Source of the DNA: an uncultured Gemmatimonadales bacterium | Lineage (GTDB): Bacteria > Gemmatimonadota > Gemmatimonadetes > Gemmatimonadales > GWC2-71-9 | Assembly (NCBI GenBank): GCA_963795085.1 | Contig: CAWCFX010000002.1 | Coordinates: forward strand, 224,001 to 288,000 | DNA: 64,000 bases | Reading direction: 5' to 3' | Part shown: piece by piece, positions 1 through 10,536 of the stretch | How the letters are laid out: each line of letters begins with the position of its first letter | Position numbering within the stretch: position 1 is the stretch's first letter | Notes under the pieces: generated by a model | The model's input: the letters and a program-made list of their open reading frames with translations, nothing else | Told to the model about the DNA's origin: nothing | The model's database searches: none | Translations under genes and position numbers: made by a program

Positions 1-1
1 C

Positions 2-841
2 GCGCTCGACGTTCCCTTTCTCGCCACCATCAACGGGGAAAGCGGCGAGACCCGGATCTACCGGCGGCAGTCGGCCTCGCCGCTCGGGCGCGCCTGGCAG
101 GAGATCACCGGCGCCATGGCGCTACCCTGGACGGACCTGCCACCGGAAATCCTGGCCGTGCTCGTGTACCCCGATGAACTATTCCAGGTGACCTCGCGGG
201 TGCTGGAGCGGCCGCACTGGCTGGGAGGCCGGCAGGCCGGACGGCCCGGTTTCGATCCGGTCTTCTCCCTGATGCCCACGGCCTGGCGGCGGGCGGACAC
301 GACCCTGGTGCAGGTGGCGGTCTTCGAGGCAACCGCGGGCCGGGGGGTGACGGCGGTCCTCACCGGATATCGCGGCGGCCCCGAGCCCCGGCTGGTGCTG
401 CGCCGCATTGACGAAACCGAAGCATTCGGTTCCCCCCGCGCCCTCGACCGAAACTGGAAGCGGTTCGCCACCTTCGAGCAGCTCCGGGATTCGCTTCGAT
501 CGGTCAACGCGGACGCCGAGCCATCCTCCATCCGGGTGTGGGTGGAGCGGCATGGGCTGGGTGCCTACCAGGTGATCTACGGGGTGGGGCCGGAGCGGCA
601 GCGGTCGGTCGCCTGGGTCAACATCGCGGCGCGGGACAGCCTGGGCGCGGGGCGCACCGTGGTCGAGGCGTGGGAGAACCTGCTGGGTGAATCGGCCCCG
701 CTGCTCTCCGGCGGCTTCACCGGCCGGCTGGGAGAGGCGCGGCAATGGATGGCCATCGCCGATTCGGCGTTCAAGCGGGGGGACTGGAGTGCGTTCGGAC
801 GGGCGTTCGAGGCCCTGCGTGAGGTGCTGAAGCCGGAGTAG
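2..841 (+). CDS. UPF0182 family membrane protein, C-terminal part (5' truncated by window)
   Basis: Frame is open from position 2. ATINGESGETRIY...AW...YPDELFQV and the C-terminal FKRGDWSAFGRAFEAL resemble the UPF0182/COG1615 C-terminus. Confidence 0.65.
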   Translation, partial: ALDVPFLATINGESGETRIYRRQSASPLGRAWQEITGAMALPWTDLPPEILAVLVYPDELFQVTSRVLERPHWLGGRQAGRPGFDPVFSLMPTAWRRADTTLVQVAVFEATAGRGVTAVLTGYRGGPEPRLVLRRIDETEAFGSPRALDRNWKRFATFEQLRDSLRSVNADAEPSSIRVWVERHGLGAYQVIYGVGPERQRSVAWVNIAARDSLGAGRTVVEAWENLLGESAPLLSGGFTGRLGEARQWMAIADSAFKRGDWSAFGRAFEALREVLKPE

Positions 842-950
842 CACGTCCACCGGGAAGCCCGGCAAGGTGGGGAGGCGTGGGTGCCCACTGGTCGGGGCAC
901 CGGTGAGTCCACTACCTTGCTGGCCCGTTGACCTGAACCGTCAGGCTTGC

Positions 951-1886
951 ATGCGAACCGCGGTGATTGCCCTGGGTGGAAACGCGCTGGCCCTGGCCGG
1001 TGAGCCGGCAACGATCACCAATCAGTTCCGGCACACCCGTTCGAGCCTTGCGCCGATCGTGGAACTGGCCCGCGGCGGGTGGGCGATTGCGCTGGTCCAT
1101 GGCAATGGCCCCCAGGTGGGCGACGAGTTGACCCGGAACGAACTGGCAACCGGGGTGGTCGAGCCGCTCCCGCTGGGCGTCCTGGTGGCCTCTACCGCCG
1201 GATGGATCGGCTACATGATCCAGCAGTCACTGCAGAATGCGCTCGCCCGGGCCGGCATCGAGCGCGAGGTCATCACCGTGGTGACCCAGACCATCGTGGA
1301 TCCCGGCGACCCCGCGCTGCGCACCGCGACCAAGCCCATCGGCCATTCCATCCCCGCTGGGCGGCTCGATCGGCTGCAAGCGTCAGGCGCAGCGGTGGGG
1401 AAGGATGGACGCGGCAACTGGAGACGGATGGCGTCGAGCCCGCTGCCGCTGGCGATCGCGGAGGCGGCGCTGGTCAAGCGCCTGGTGCATGACGGGGTCA
1501 TCGTGGTCGCGGGCGGCGGCGGTGGGCCCCCCGTCTATCGCGATCCGCTACTCGGCCTGGAGGGGATCGACGCGGTGGTGGACAAGGATCGGCTGGCCTC
1601 GGTGCTGGCCGGGGCACTCTCCGCCGACGTTCTGATGATCCTCACTGATGTGGACGGAGTGTACCTTGACTATGGCAAGCCGGGGGCCCGCCGGCTGGAT
1701 CGGCTTACCCTGGAGGAGGCGCAAGGCCTGCTCCAGGGCGGCGATCTGGGCAAGGGCAGCATGGAGCCCAAGCTGGAGGCGGCCGCGGCATTCGTAAGGG
1801 GTGGCGGTTCCCGGGCGGTCATCGCCCAGCTGTCCGATGGTCTGGCGGCGCTGGAGGGGCGGGCCGGCACCACGGTGGTCCCCTAG
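951..1886 (+). CDS. arcC: Carbamate kinase
   Basis: VIALGGNAL, HGNGPQVG, TKPIG, AVVDKD and GSMEPK motifs. ATG at 951. Confidence 0.93.
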   Translation: MRTAVIALGGNALALAGEPATITNQFRHTRSSLAPIVELARGGWAIALVHGNGPQVGDELTRNELATGVVEPLPLGVLVASTAGWIGYMIQQSLQNALARAGIEREVITVVTQTIVDPGDPALRTATKPIGHSIPAGRLDRLQASGAAVGKDGRGNWRRMASSPLPLAIAEAALVKRLVHDGVIVVAGGGGGPPVYRDPLLGLEGIDAVVDKDRLASVLAGALSADVLMILTDVDGVYLDYGKPGARRLDRLTLEEAQGLLQGGDLGKGSMEPKLEAAAAFVRGGGSRAVIAQLSDGLAALEGRAGTTVVP

Positions 1887-1934
1887 GGCGGAGTGCCGAG
1901 GGCTGATGTTTTTGGACCCAATCAAGGAGTCAGC

Positions 1935-3074
1935 GTGAATCTTCACGAGTACCAGGGACGGGCGCTGTTCCGCGCGGCGGGTATCCCGATGCCGGACGGC
2001 GATGTGGCGGCGACCCCCAAGGAGGCGGAGAGTATCGCCCGGCGAATCGGCGCTCCGGTGGTCATCAAGGCCCAGGTCCACGCCGGCGGGCGGGGCAAGG
2101 CCGGCGGCGTCAAGGTCGTCACCGATATCACCGAGGTGGAGGATGTGGCGGCCCGGATCCTGGGTCTGAGCATCAAGGGGTTGCCGGTCCAGAAGGTCCT
2201 GGTGGTTCCGGCGGCCGACATCAAGAGCGAGGCCTACGTCGGCCTCATCATGGACCGGGATACCCAGCGCCCGGTCTTCATGGTCAGCTCGGCCGGCGGC
2301 ATCGACATCGAGGAGGTAGCGGCCAGGACGCCGGAAAAGATCACCCGGCTGGCGGTGGATCCGCGCTACGGGCTGCTTCCCCACGAGGCCCAGACCCTGG
2401 CATTCGGCCTCTACCAGGATATCGGGCAGGTGCGGGCCGCCGCGCGGATCATGGAGCAGCTTTACCAGGTCTTCACCGCCAACGGATGCACCCTGGCCGA
2501 GATCAATCCGCTGGTGACGACCCCGGAGGGGAAGATCATCGCGCTCGACGCCAAGGTCTCGATCGACGATAACGAGCTGGACCGGCGCCCCGACCTGGCC
2601 GGGCTCCGGGACGAGTCGGCGGAAGAGCCCAGCGAGGTGATCGCGCGCAAGGCGAACCTGACGTTCATCAAGCTGAACGGCAACGTGGGATGCGTGGTCA
2701 ACGGGGCCGGCCTGGCGATGGCCACCATGGACCTGGTCAAGTACTACGGCGGCGAACCCGCCAACTTCCTGGATATCGGGGGCAGTTCCAATCCCGAAAA
2801 GGTGGTGAGCGCGCTCAAGATCATCACCTCCGACCCCAGCGTGAAGGCCATCCTGTTCAATATCTTCGGCGGGATCACCCGGACCGACGATGTCGCCAAC
2901 GGCATCGTGACGGCCCTCAACCAGTTCAAGGTCACGGTCCCCATCGTGGTGCGGCTGACCGGCACCAACGAGGCCGAGGCGTTCCAGATCCTCAAGGGCA
3001 TCGGCATGACGGCGCTCTCCGACATGGACGAAGCGGTCCAGCAGGTCGTCAAACTGGTGAAGGAGGCGGCGTGA
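1935..3074 (+). CDS. sucC: Succinyl-CoA synthetase beta subunit
   Basis: GTG start after [39 protein letters not shown] and NFLDIGG motifs. Confidence 0.97.
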   Translation: MNLHEYQGRALFRAAGIPMPDGDVAATPKEAESIARRIGAPVVIKAQVHAGGRGKAGGVKVVTDITEVEDVAARILGLSIKGLPVQKVLVVPAADIKSEAYVGLIMDRDTQRPVFMVSSAGGIDIEEVAARTPEKITRLAVDPRYGLLPHEAQTLAFGLYQDIGQVRAAARIMEQLYQVFTANGCTLAEINPLVTTPEGKIIALDAKVSIDDNELDRRPDLAGLRDESAEEPSEVIARKANLTFIKLNGNVGCVVNGAGLAMATMDLVKYYGGEPANFLDIGGSSNPEKVVSALKIITSDPSVKAILFNIFGGITRTDDVANGIVTALNQFKVTVPIVVRLTGTNEAEAFQILKGIGMTALSDMDEAVQQVVKLVKEAA

Positions 3075-3955
3075 GCATTTTCATCGGCAGGAACACCAGG
3101 CTGGTGGTGCAGGGCATCACCGGCCGGGACGGCAGCTTTCACGCCAGGCAAATGATGGCGTACGGCACCCGGGTCGTGGCGGGGGTGACCCCCGGCAAGG
3201 GCGGCCAGACCTTCGAAGGCACCGTTCCGGTCTTCAATACCATGGCGGACGCGGTCCGCGAGACCGGGGCCGACACCTCGGTCATCTACGTGCCCGCGGC
3301 CGTAGCGGCGGGCGCCATCTACGAGGCGGCCGATGCCGGCATCGGGCTCATCGTGTGCATTACCGAAGGGGTCCCCACCATGGACATGACCCGGGTGATG
3401 CCGTTCATCCGGGAGAAGGGGGCCCGGCTGCTGGGGCCCAACTGTCCCGGGCTGATTACGCCGGGCGAAAGCAAGGTGGGGATCATCCCGGGCAATATCT
3501 GCATGCCGGGCCGGATCGGGCTGGTGTCCCGGAGCGGCACGCTGACCTACGAGGTCGTCAACCAGCTGACCCGGGCCGGTATCGGGCAGAGTACCTGCGT
3601 CGGCATCGGCGGCGACCCCATCATCGGCACCAACTTCATCGACTGCCTGCGCGCGTTCCAGGATGACCCAGACACCGACGCGATCGTGATGATGGGAGAG
3701 ATCGGCGGCACCGATGAGCAGCGCGCCGCCGAATTCGTCACCCGGCAGGTCACCAAGCCGGTGATCGGGTTCATTGCCGGACAGACCGCGCCGCCGGGCC
3801 GCCGGATGGGGCATGCCGGCGCCATCATTTCCGGATCGGCGGGGACCGCCGCCGAGAAGATGGCCGCGTTCGAAGCCGCGGGCATCGCGGTCATGAAACG
3901 GCCGGTGGACGTGGTGCCGCTGCTGAAAGCGAATCTCGAGAAACGCAGGACCTAG
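3071..3955 (+). CDS. sucD: Succinyl-CoA synthetase alpha subunit
   Basis: GTGA overlap with suc[22 protein letters not shown] and RMGHAGA motifs. Confidence 0.97.
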   Translation: MSIFIGRNTRLVVQGITGRDGSFHARQMMAYGTRVVAGVTPGKGGQTFEGTVPVFNTMADAVRETGADTSVIYVPAAVAAGAIYEAADAGIGLIVCITEGVPTMDMTRVMPFIREKGARLLGPNCPGLITPGESKVGIIPGNICMPGRIGLVSRSGTLTYEVVNQLTRAGIGQSTCVGIGGDPIIGTNFIDCLRAFQDDPDTDAIVMMGEIGGTDEQRAAEFVTRQVTKPVIGFIAGQTAPPGRRMGHAGAIISGSAGTAAEKMAAFEAAGIAVMKRPVDVVPLLKANLEKRRT

Positions 3956-4026
3956 CAGAAAACCGGCGAAAGGGGACGCTGACGCGCCTGCTCGCCGACG
4001 ATTCACGCCAATTCACGGAGTATTCA

Positions 4027-4461
4027 GTGACGTCGCAGACCTTGGGAATCATCAAACCGGATGCCGTGGCCTCCGGGAAGGCCGGGCTCATCCTGGCCCA
4101 CCTGGAGAAGGCTGGATTCACGGTGCGGGCGGCGCGGCTGGTCCGGCTCAGCCGGGCCCAGGCCGAGGCGTTCTACGAGGTGCACCGGGGCCGGCCGTTC
4201 TACGGGGAACTGGTGGAGTTCATGTCCAGCGGGCCCTGTATGCCCCTGGCGCTCGAACTGCCCGGTTCCGATGCCGTTGCCCGGATGCGGGCCGCGATCG
4301 GAGCCACCGACCCGGCCGAGGCCGAGGCGGGGACCATCCGGAAGCTGTACGCGGAGTCCAAGGGCCGTAACGCCATTCACGCCAGCGACAGCGACGAGAA
4401 CGCCCGGCGGGAGATCGGCTTCTATTTCAGCGAGAGCGAGCTGGCGGGCCTCTGGACTTGA
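4027..4461 (+). CDS. ndk: Nucleoside diphosphate kinase
   Basis: IIKPDAV, FYEVHRGRPF and NAIHASDS (catalytic His). Confidence 0.96.
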   Translation: MTSQTLGIIKPDAVASGKAGLILAHLEKAGFTVRAARLVRLSRAQAEAFYEVHRGRPFYGELVEFMSSGPCMPLALELPGSDAVARMRAAIGATDPAEAEAGTIRKLYAESKGRNAIHASDSDENARREIGFYFSESELAGLWT

Positions 4462-4580
4462 CGACATTGGAGGTCTTGAGGAACGCTGGGGAAACGATGG
4501 TATGGATGAGGTGGAACTGACCCTCCTTCCGTGCCCTCAATTGCCTCATTTCGCTCAATTCTTTCATTTCCATCGCTCCC
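4462..4580. repeat. Degenerate 9-mer tandem array in an imperfect inverted arrangement
   Basis: Units CCTCAATTG, CCTCATTTC, GCTCAATTC, TTTCATTTC and CATCGCTCC at 4535-4579. A purine-rich, loosely complementary arm lies at 4465-4516. Confidence 0.55.
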
Positions 4581-4590
4581 CCCGCCCGCC

Positions 4591-4619
4591 TTGCTCTAAG
4601 TCTAGGCGTTGGTTAGGTT
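4591..4619 (+). promoter_or_regulatory. Putative sigma70 promoter for yceD-rpmF-plsX-fab, probably leaderless
   Basis: TTGCTC-N17-TAGGTT, ending 8 nt before ATG 4628. No SD. Confidence 0.5.
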
Positions 4620-4627
4620 TGCCCCCT

Positions 4628-5080
4628 ATGTTTGAAGTCGACATTCGGGAGCTGCACCGGGGGCCGGTCGAGACCGTGGGGACGCTGGCCCCGGACGACC
4701 CCGTCTTTGCGGGGTTGGATATCGGGTTGGCGGGTCCGCTGGCGGTCGACGGCCAGTTGCAGGAAACCTCGGACGGCGAGTACTTGTGGCGGGCCACGCT
4801 CTCCGGCTCCGTGCGGAACGAGTGCAGCCGGTGCCTGGCCCCGGTCACCAGCCCGCTGGATATCGACATCAGCGTCATGTTCAGTGCCGACCCCGAGGCG
4901 GCGGATGATCCCAGCGTGTACCCGCTGGCGGAGAGCAGCCGATCCGTGGATATTCGCCCGGCGGTGCGGGAAGAGCTGGCGCTGGTCGCGCCGGGGTTTC
5001 CGCTCTGCCGGGAAGAGTGTGCCGGGCTCTGCCCCAAATGCGGGGCGGACCTGAACGCAGGACCCTGTTCCTGCACCTAA
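4628..5080 (+). CDS. yceD: DUF177/YceD family protein
   Basis: ECSRCL and LCREECAGLCPKCGADLN Cys motifs. Sits in the canonical position upstream of rpmF. Confidence 0.9.
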   Translation: MFEVDIRELHRGPVETVGTLAPDDPVFAGLDIGLAGPLAVDGQLQETSDGEYLWRATLSGSVRNECSRCLAPVTSPLDIDISVMFSADPEAADDPSVYPLAESSRSVDIRPAVREELALVAPGFPLCREECAGLCPKCGADLNAGPCSCT

Positions 5081-5133
5081 CCAGTCCCGCCGCCCTCCCG
5101 GGCGGTGGGAGCGAACGCGAAGACGAGGTTTCC

Positions 5134-5316
5134 ATGGCAGTTCCCAAGAGGCGGACGTCGAAGGCGCGCAAGCGCTCGCGCCGCAGCCACCACTCCGCCG
5201 CCGGGATGGCGACGCAGCCGTGTCCCCGGTGTTCCTCCCCCAAACTCCCGCACCGGGTGTGCGACACCTGCGGGTACTATCGGGGCAAGAAGCTGGTCGA
5301 GGTCGAGGACGCCTGA
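5134..5316 (+). CDS. rpmF: 50S ribosomal protein L32
   Basis: MAVPKRRTSKARKRSRR, CPRC...HRVCDTCGYY. Confidence 0.97.
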   Translation: MAVPKRRTSKARKRSRRSHHSAAGMATQPCPRCSSPKLPHRVCDTCGYYRGKKLVEVEDA

Positions 5317-5318
5317 GG

Positions 5319-6332
5319 GTGATCCGCGTCGCCCTGGACGCCATGGGTGGTGACAACGCCCCCGCCGTGGAAATCGACGGGGCCATGCTGGCCATGAACG
5401 AACTGCCGCCCACCTTTGTCGTCCAGCTGGTGGGGAAGTCCGACGCCATCGAGGCCGAACTGGCGAGATATCCCGGGGTGGACCGAGGCCGCATCGAGAT
5501 TCACGAGGCGCCTGAAGTCATCGGCATGAGCGAGAAACCGCTGAGCGCCATCCGGCAGAAGCGGAAATCCAGCATCGTGATCGGGCTCGGCCTCCAGAAA
5601 GGCGGCCACTCCGACGCGTTCGTGTCGGCCGGCAATACCGGGGCGGTGCTCGCCGCCGGCACCGTCCTGCTGGGGCTGCACGACGGGGTGGAACGCGCCA
5701 CCGTGGCGACCATGTTTCCAACCGCCGACCGGCCCGCGCTGGTCCTCGATGCCGGCGCCAACGTGGACTGTTCGCCGCGGGAGCTGGTCTGCTTCGCACA
5801 CCTGGGCACCGTGTACGTCCGGGACCTCATGGGGCAGCCCAAGCCGGTGGTGGGCCTGCTCAACATCGGCGAGGAAGACGAAAAAGGAAACGCGATCGTC
5901 AAGGAAGCCCACCAGCTGCTCAAGCAGGATGCCCGGCTCAACTACATCGGTAACATCGAGGGGCGTGACATCCTGGTCGGCCACGCCAGGCACGGGCCCG
6001 TGGATGTCATCGTCACCGACGGCTTCGTCGGGAACATCGTGCTCAAGTTCTACGAGTCGGTGGCCCGGATGATTCTCCGGCTGGTCAAGCGGGATGCGCC
6101 GGAAGTCCTCGAGCGCGCCGACATCCGGAAGGTATTCAAGGTCCTCGACTACGCGGAGTACGGGGGGGCGCCGCTCCTCGGCGTCCAGGGGGTCTGCATT
6201 ATCTGCCATGGCAGCTCGACCGCCAGCGCCATCAAGAATGCCATCCGGGTCGCGGTGCAGTCGGTCGAGGCCGGTCTTTCCCAGCATATCGGCGCCGAGT
6301 TCGCCGACCGGGAGGCCGCCAGCTCCGCATGA
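5319..6332 (+). CDS. plsX: Phosphate acyltransferase
   Basis: RVALDAMGGD, SAGNTGA, LDAGAN, TDGFVGN and GGAPLLG motifs. Confidence 0.95.
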   Translation: MIRVALDAMGGDNAPAVEIDGAMLAMNELPPTFVVQLVGKSDAIEAELARYPGVDRGRIEIHEAPEVIGMSEKPLSAIRQKRKSSIVIGLGLQKGGHSDAFVSAGNTGAVLAAGTVLLGLHDGVERATVATMFPTADRPALVLDAGANVDCSPRELVCFAHLGTVYVRDLMGQPKPVVGLLNIGEEDEKGNAIVKEAHQLLKQDARLNYIGNIEGRDILVGHARHGPVDVIVTDGFVGNIVLKFYESVARMILRLVKRDAPEVLERADIRKVFKVLDYAEYGGAPLLGVQGVCIICHGSSTASAIKNAIRVAVQSVEAGLSQHIGAEFADREAASSA

Positions 6333-7322
6333 TTCCCCGTCCTTTCGCCCAGATTACCGGCCTTGGCGTCGCGGTGCCCGAACGGGTGGTGACCAACGCC
6401 GACTTCGAGAAGACCCTGGAGACCTCCGACCAGTGGATCGTCGAGCGCACCGGAATCCGGGAGCGGCGGATCGCCGGGCCCGACCAGTCGCTGGCCAGCC
6501 TGTCCCGGGATGCGGCGATGATCGCGCTGCAACAGGCCGGCCTCACGCCCCTGGACCTGGACGCCATTGTGCTCGGCACCGCCACGCCGGACCGGCTGCT
6601 GCCGGCCACGGCCTGCGACCTCCAGGCGCTGATGGGCGCCGACAATGCCGCCGGCTTCGACATTTCGGCGGCCTGCCCCGGGTTCATCTTCGGGCTGACG
6701 GTGGGCGAGGGGTTAATCGCGGCGGGCCAGTCGCGCCACGTCCTGGTGGTGGGGGCCGAGAAGCTCTCCACGATTACCGACATGACGGACCGGTCCACCG
6801 CGATCCTTTTCGGGGACGGGGCCGGGGCCGCGGTGCTGAGCCGGGGATCCACCAACGGGCGAGGCCTGCTCTCCACGTTCATCAAGTCGGACGGCAAGCT
6901 GGCGCCCCTGCTGTACCGGCCGGGGGGTGGCGCCTGCGACCCGATCAGCGCCAAGGTGGTCCAGGAGCGTACCCACTTCATCAAGATGGCGGGCCGCGAG
7001 GTCTTCAAGGCCGCGGTCCTGGCGATGTCGGAGTCCTGTGACGAGGCGCTCACCCGGGCCGGCATCACCGCCGACGAGATCGACCTGCTGATCCCCCACC
7101 AGGCCAACATCCGCATCATCGAAGCGACCGCCAAACACGCCGGCGTCCCCATGGACAAGGTGATGGTGAACGTGGATCGCTTCGGCAATACCTCGTCCGC
7201 CTCGATCCCCCTGGCGATCGACCAGGCCGTCCGGGAAGGCCGGGTCAAGCCCGGGTCGCCTGCTGCTCCTTGTCGCCTTCGGCGCGGGGTTCACCTGGGG
7301 CAGCGTGGTCGTCCGGTGGTAA
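6329..7322 (+). CDS. fabH: 3-oxoacyl-ACP synthase III, with an apparent +1 frameshift near 7250-7260
   Basis: AACPGF, FGDGAGA, PHQANIRI and GNTSSASIP motifs. The conserved tail LLLLVAFGAGFTWGSVVVRW-stop (TAA 7320-7322) is in a shifted frame. Confidence 0.9.
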
Positions 7323-8252
7323 CGGTTGTCCTCTGTCCCCGGCCAGGGCGCCCAGAAGGTCGGCATGGGCAAGGACCTGGCCGAGCGCTTTCCGGCCGCG
7401 CGGGAAACGTTCGCGGCGATCGACGAAGCCCTCGGGCTTCCGCTCTCCCGCATCATGTGGCAGGGCCCCGAGGATGAGCTGACCCTGACCCACAACGCCC
7501 AGCCGGCGATCCTCGCTCACAGCGCGGCGGTCTTTGCGGTGGTCGCCGGCCAGTTGGGGACGGTCGGCGCGGGCGCCGGCCATAGCCTCGGCGAGTACAG
7601 TGCCTGGATGATGGCCGGCAGCCTGGATGCCGCCAGCGCCGCCCGGCTGGTGCGCCGGCGGGGCCAGTTGATGCTGGAATCCGGCCGGCAGCGTCCCGGC
7701 GCCATGGCCGCGGTGCTGGGCATGGATACGGCGGACGTAGAGGCCGCCTGCATGGAGGCCTCCACGCCGGAGGCCATCGTGGTGGCCGCCAATCTGAATG
7801 CGCCGGACCAGACCGTGATCTCCGGCGACCCGGCGGGCGTGGAGCGGGGCGGGGCCCTCTGCAAGGCGAAGGGCGCCAAGCGGGTCATCCCCCTCAAGGT
7901 CAGCGGGGCGTTTCACTCGCCCCTGATGGCTCCGGCGGTGGACGGCCTGCTGGAAGCGCTGAATAAGGTGGATATCACCGAGGGCCGGTTTCCGGTGATC
8001 GCCAACGCCAGCGGAGAACCGATCCGGAGCGGCACCGATGCCAAGCGCCTCCTGGCCGACCAGCTCACGGCACCGGTGCGGTGGGTGGCGTGCATGCGGG
8101 AGGCCGCCCGGATGGTGCCCGAGGCCCGGTTCGTCGAAATCGGCCCCGGCAACGTGCTGAGCGGGCTGCTCAAGAAGATCGTCCCCGGCGCCGCCAGCGT
8201 CACGCTGGGCACGGCGGACGAAGTCGAACGTTTTCTGGCGACGGCCGCATGA
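7316..8252 (+). CDS. fabD: Malonyl-CoA:ACP transacylase, with an apparent extra C in CCCC 7337-7340
   Basis: PGQGAQ, GHSLGEY and SGAFHS motifs. The natural N-terminus VTVVLCP from GTG 7316 is one base out of frame with GQGAQ. Confidence 0.9.
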
Positions 8253-8989
8253 TCCCGATCGACCTGACCGGCAAGGTCGCCTTCGTGACCGGAAGCACCC
8301 GGGGCATCGGCCACGCGGTGGCCGGCGTGCTCCACGCGGCCGGCGCCCGGGTTGCCGTCGTCGGGCGGGACCCGGCCCGGGCGGCCGAGGTGGCGGCCGC
8401 GATGGGCGAGGGGGCGGCCGGGTTCGGATGCGACGTGCTGGACGCGGCCCAGGTGGAACAGGCCCTCGCCGGCGCGGAGCAGGCTCTGGGCCCCATCGAC
8501 ATCCTGGTCAACAACGCGGGACTGGCCCGGGACAATCTCCTGCTCCGGATGAGCGAGGCCGACTGGGACACGGTGCTCGATGCGAACCTCAAGGGCGCCT
8601 TTCATGCCACCCGGTTCTGCATCCGGGGCATGATGAAGCGCCGAGCCGGCCGGATCATCAACATCACCAGCGTCGTCGGGCTGACCGGCAACAAGGGGCA
8701 GGCCAACTACGCCGCCAGCAAGGCGGGCCTGATCGGGTTTTCCCAGTCGGTGGCCAAGGAGTATGCCAGCCGCAACGTGCTGGTCAACTGCGTGGCCCCC
8801 GGGTTCATCGACACCGACATGACGACCGGCTTGCCCCAGGAAGTAAGGGTGGCAATGTTACAGGGCGTCGCGCTGGAGCGGCCGGGGCGCCCCGAGGACG
8901 TGGCCGGCGCGGTCCTGTTCCTGGCCTCCGACCTGGCGGCCTACATTACGGGGCAGGTGATCGTGGTTGATGGCGGGATGGTGTTCTAG
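8249..8989 (+). CDS. fabG: 3-oxoacyl-ACP reductase
   Basis: VTGSTRGIG, NNAG and YAASK motifs. ATGA overlap with fabD. Confidence 0.95.
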   Translation: MIPIDLTGKVAFVTGSTRGIGHAVAGVLHAAGARVAVVGRDPARAAEVAAAMGEGAAGFGCDVLDAAQVEQALAGAEQALGPIDILVNNAGLARDNLLLRMSEADWDTVLDANLKGAFHATRFCIRGMMKRRAGRIINITSVVGLTGNKGQANYAASKAGLIGFSQSVAKEYASRNVLVNCVAPGFIDTDMTTGLPQEVRVAMLQGVALERPGRPEDVAGAVLFLASDLAAYITGQVIVVDGGMVF

Positions 8990-9026
8990 TACTCAGGTGC
9001 TCGGTGCTGAGTACTCAGCACTGAGT
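8989..9026. repeat. Heptamer-built palindrome between fabG and acpP
   Basis: CTCGGTGCTGA-GTAC-TCAGCACTGAG at 9000-9025, with units GTGCTCG/GTGCTGA. Confidence 0.6.
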
Positions 9027-9051
9027 CTTACCACTCTCTTCCGAGGCAAGC

Positions 9052-9291
9052 ATGAGCGAGATCGAAGAAAAGGTCAAAGACATCATCGTCGAGGAACTGG
9101 GCGTTGAGCGGGAGAAGCTCACCGACTCGGCGAGCTTCATGGAAGATCTCGGCGCCGACAGCCTCGACACCGTCGAACTCGTCATGGCGTTCGAGAAGGA
9201 GTTCGACATCGACATCCCCGACGAAGAAGCGGAAAAGCTCCGCACCGTGGGCGATGCCATGAAGTACCTTCACGAAAAGATCGGAAAGTAA
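9052..9291 (+). CDS. acpP: Acyl carrier protein
   Basis: [17 protein letters not shown]. Confidence 0.97.
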   Translation: MSEIEEKVKDIIVEELGVEREKLTDSASFMEDLGADSLDTVELVMAFEKEFDIDIPDEEAEKLRTVGDAMKYLHEKIGK

Positions 9292-9292
9292 G

Positions 9293-10534
9293 TTGCCGCA
9301 ACGTGTCGTCGTCACGGGCCTCGGGCTCGTGACTCCGCTGGGCGTGACCGTCGAGGAGAGTTGGGCCGGCCTGGTGGCCGGACGTTCCGGCGCGGGCCCC
9401 ATTACGAAGTTCGATCCCTCCCGGCTCCAGGTGCGCTTCGCGTGCGAGGTGAAGGGGTTCGATCCGCTCCAGTACATGGACCGCAAGGAGGCCAAGCGGT
9501 ACGACCTCTTCGCCCAGTTCGCGCTGGGCGCGGCTCACCAGGCCGTGACCCAGGCTGGCCTCGAGGGCCGGTTCCCCAATCCGGAACGTACCGGGGTGGT
9601 GATCGGGAGCGGGATCGGAGGCATGGCCACCTTCGAGGAGCAGTGCACGCTCTATCTGCAGAAGGGGCCGGACCGGGTCTCGCCGTTCTTCGTGCCGATG
9701 TTCATCCCCGATATCGCCGCCGGGCTGGTGTCCATCCGGTACGGCCTCCGGGGCCCCAATTTCTGCACCGTGTCCGCCTGCGCCAGTTCGGCCCATGCGA
9801 TCGGCGAATCGTACAAGATGATCCGACACGGCGCCGCCGACGCCATGATCACCGGCGGGTGCGAGGCCGCCATCACCGGACTGGCCATCGCCGGGTTCCA
9901 GAACATGAAGGCCCTCTCCACCCGGAACGACGAGCCCGAAAAAGCCAGCCGCCCGTTCGACAAGGACCGGGATGGCTTCGTGCTCGGCGATGGAGGCGCC
10001 GCGGCGGTGCTGGAGAGCCTGGACCATGCCCGGGCCCGGGGTGCCGCCATCCTGGGCGAGGTGATCGGGTACGGGCTCTCCGGCGATGCCTACCACATCA
10101 CGTCCCCGGCGCCGGAAGGCGAAGGCGCGCAGCGGGCCATGCGGGCCTGCCTGGAAGACGGGGACATCGCGCTCACGGACGTGCAGTACATCAATGCCCA
10201 CGGCACCTCCACCTCCCAGGGCGACATCGCGGAGACCCAGGCGGTCAAGGCGGTCTTTGGCGAACAGGCCCGGAAGCTGGTGTTTGGCTCGACCAAGTCC
10301 ATGACCGGCCATCTGCTGGGTGCCGCGGGCGGTGCCGAGTTTGCCTTCTCGCTGCTGGCGGCGAAGCACGGAGTGATTCCCCCCACGATCAACCAGGACG
10401 TGCCCGACCCGGAGTGCGACCTCGACTCGGCCCCCAACGCGGCCGTCACGCGGGACGTCAAGGTGGCGCTCAGCAATTCCTTCGGGTTTGGCGGCCACAA
10501 CGTGACCCTGGCGGTTCGCCGCTGGGACGAGTGA
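9293..10534 (+). CDS. fabF: 3-oxoacyl-ACP synthase II
   Basis: RVVVTGLG, SACASS, NAHGTST, TGHLLGAAG and SNSFGFGGHN motifs. TTG start. Confidence 0.96.
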   Translation: MPQRVVVTGLGLVTPLGVTVEESWAGLVAGRSGAGPITKFDPSRLQVRFACEVKGFDPLQYMDRKEAKRYDLFAQFALGAAHQAVTQAGLEGRFPNPERTGVVIGSGIGGMATFEEQCTLYLQKGPDRVSPFFVPMFIPDIAAGLVSIRYGLRGPNFCTVSACASSAHAIGESYKMIRHGAADAMITGGCEAAITGLAIAGFQNMKALSTRNDEPEKASRPFDKDRDGFVLGDGGAAAVLESLDHARARGAAILGEVIGYGLSGDAYHITSPAPEGEGAQRAMRACLEDGDIALTDVQYINAHGTSTSQGDIAETQAVKAVFGEQARKLVFGSTKSMTGHLLGAAGGAEFAFSLLAAKHGVIPPTINQDVPDPECDLDSAPNAAVTRDVKVALSNSFGFGGHNVTLAVRRWDE

Positions 10535-10536
10535 CC

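Noticed and set aside
6329..7477. 382-aa FabH with a novel C-terminal extension, or a FabH-FabD fusion
   Set aside because: The extension results from a one-base shift. The canonical FabH tail is present in the adjacent frame.
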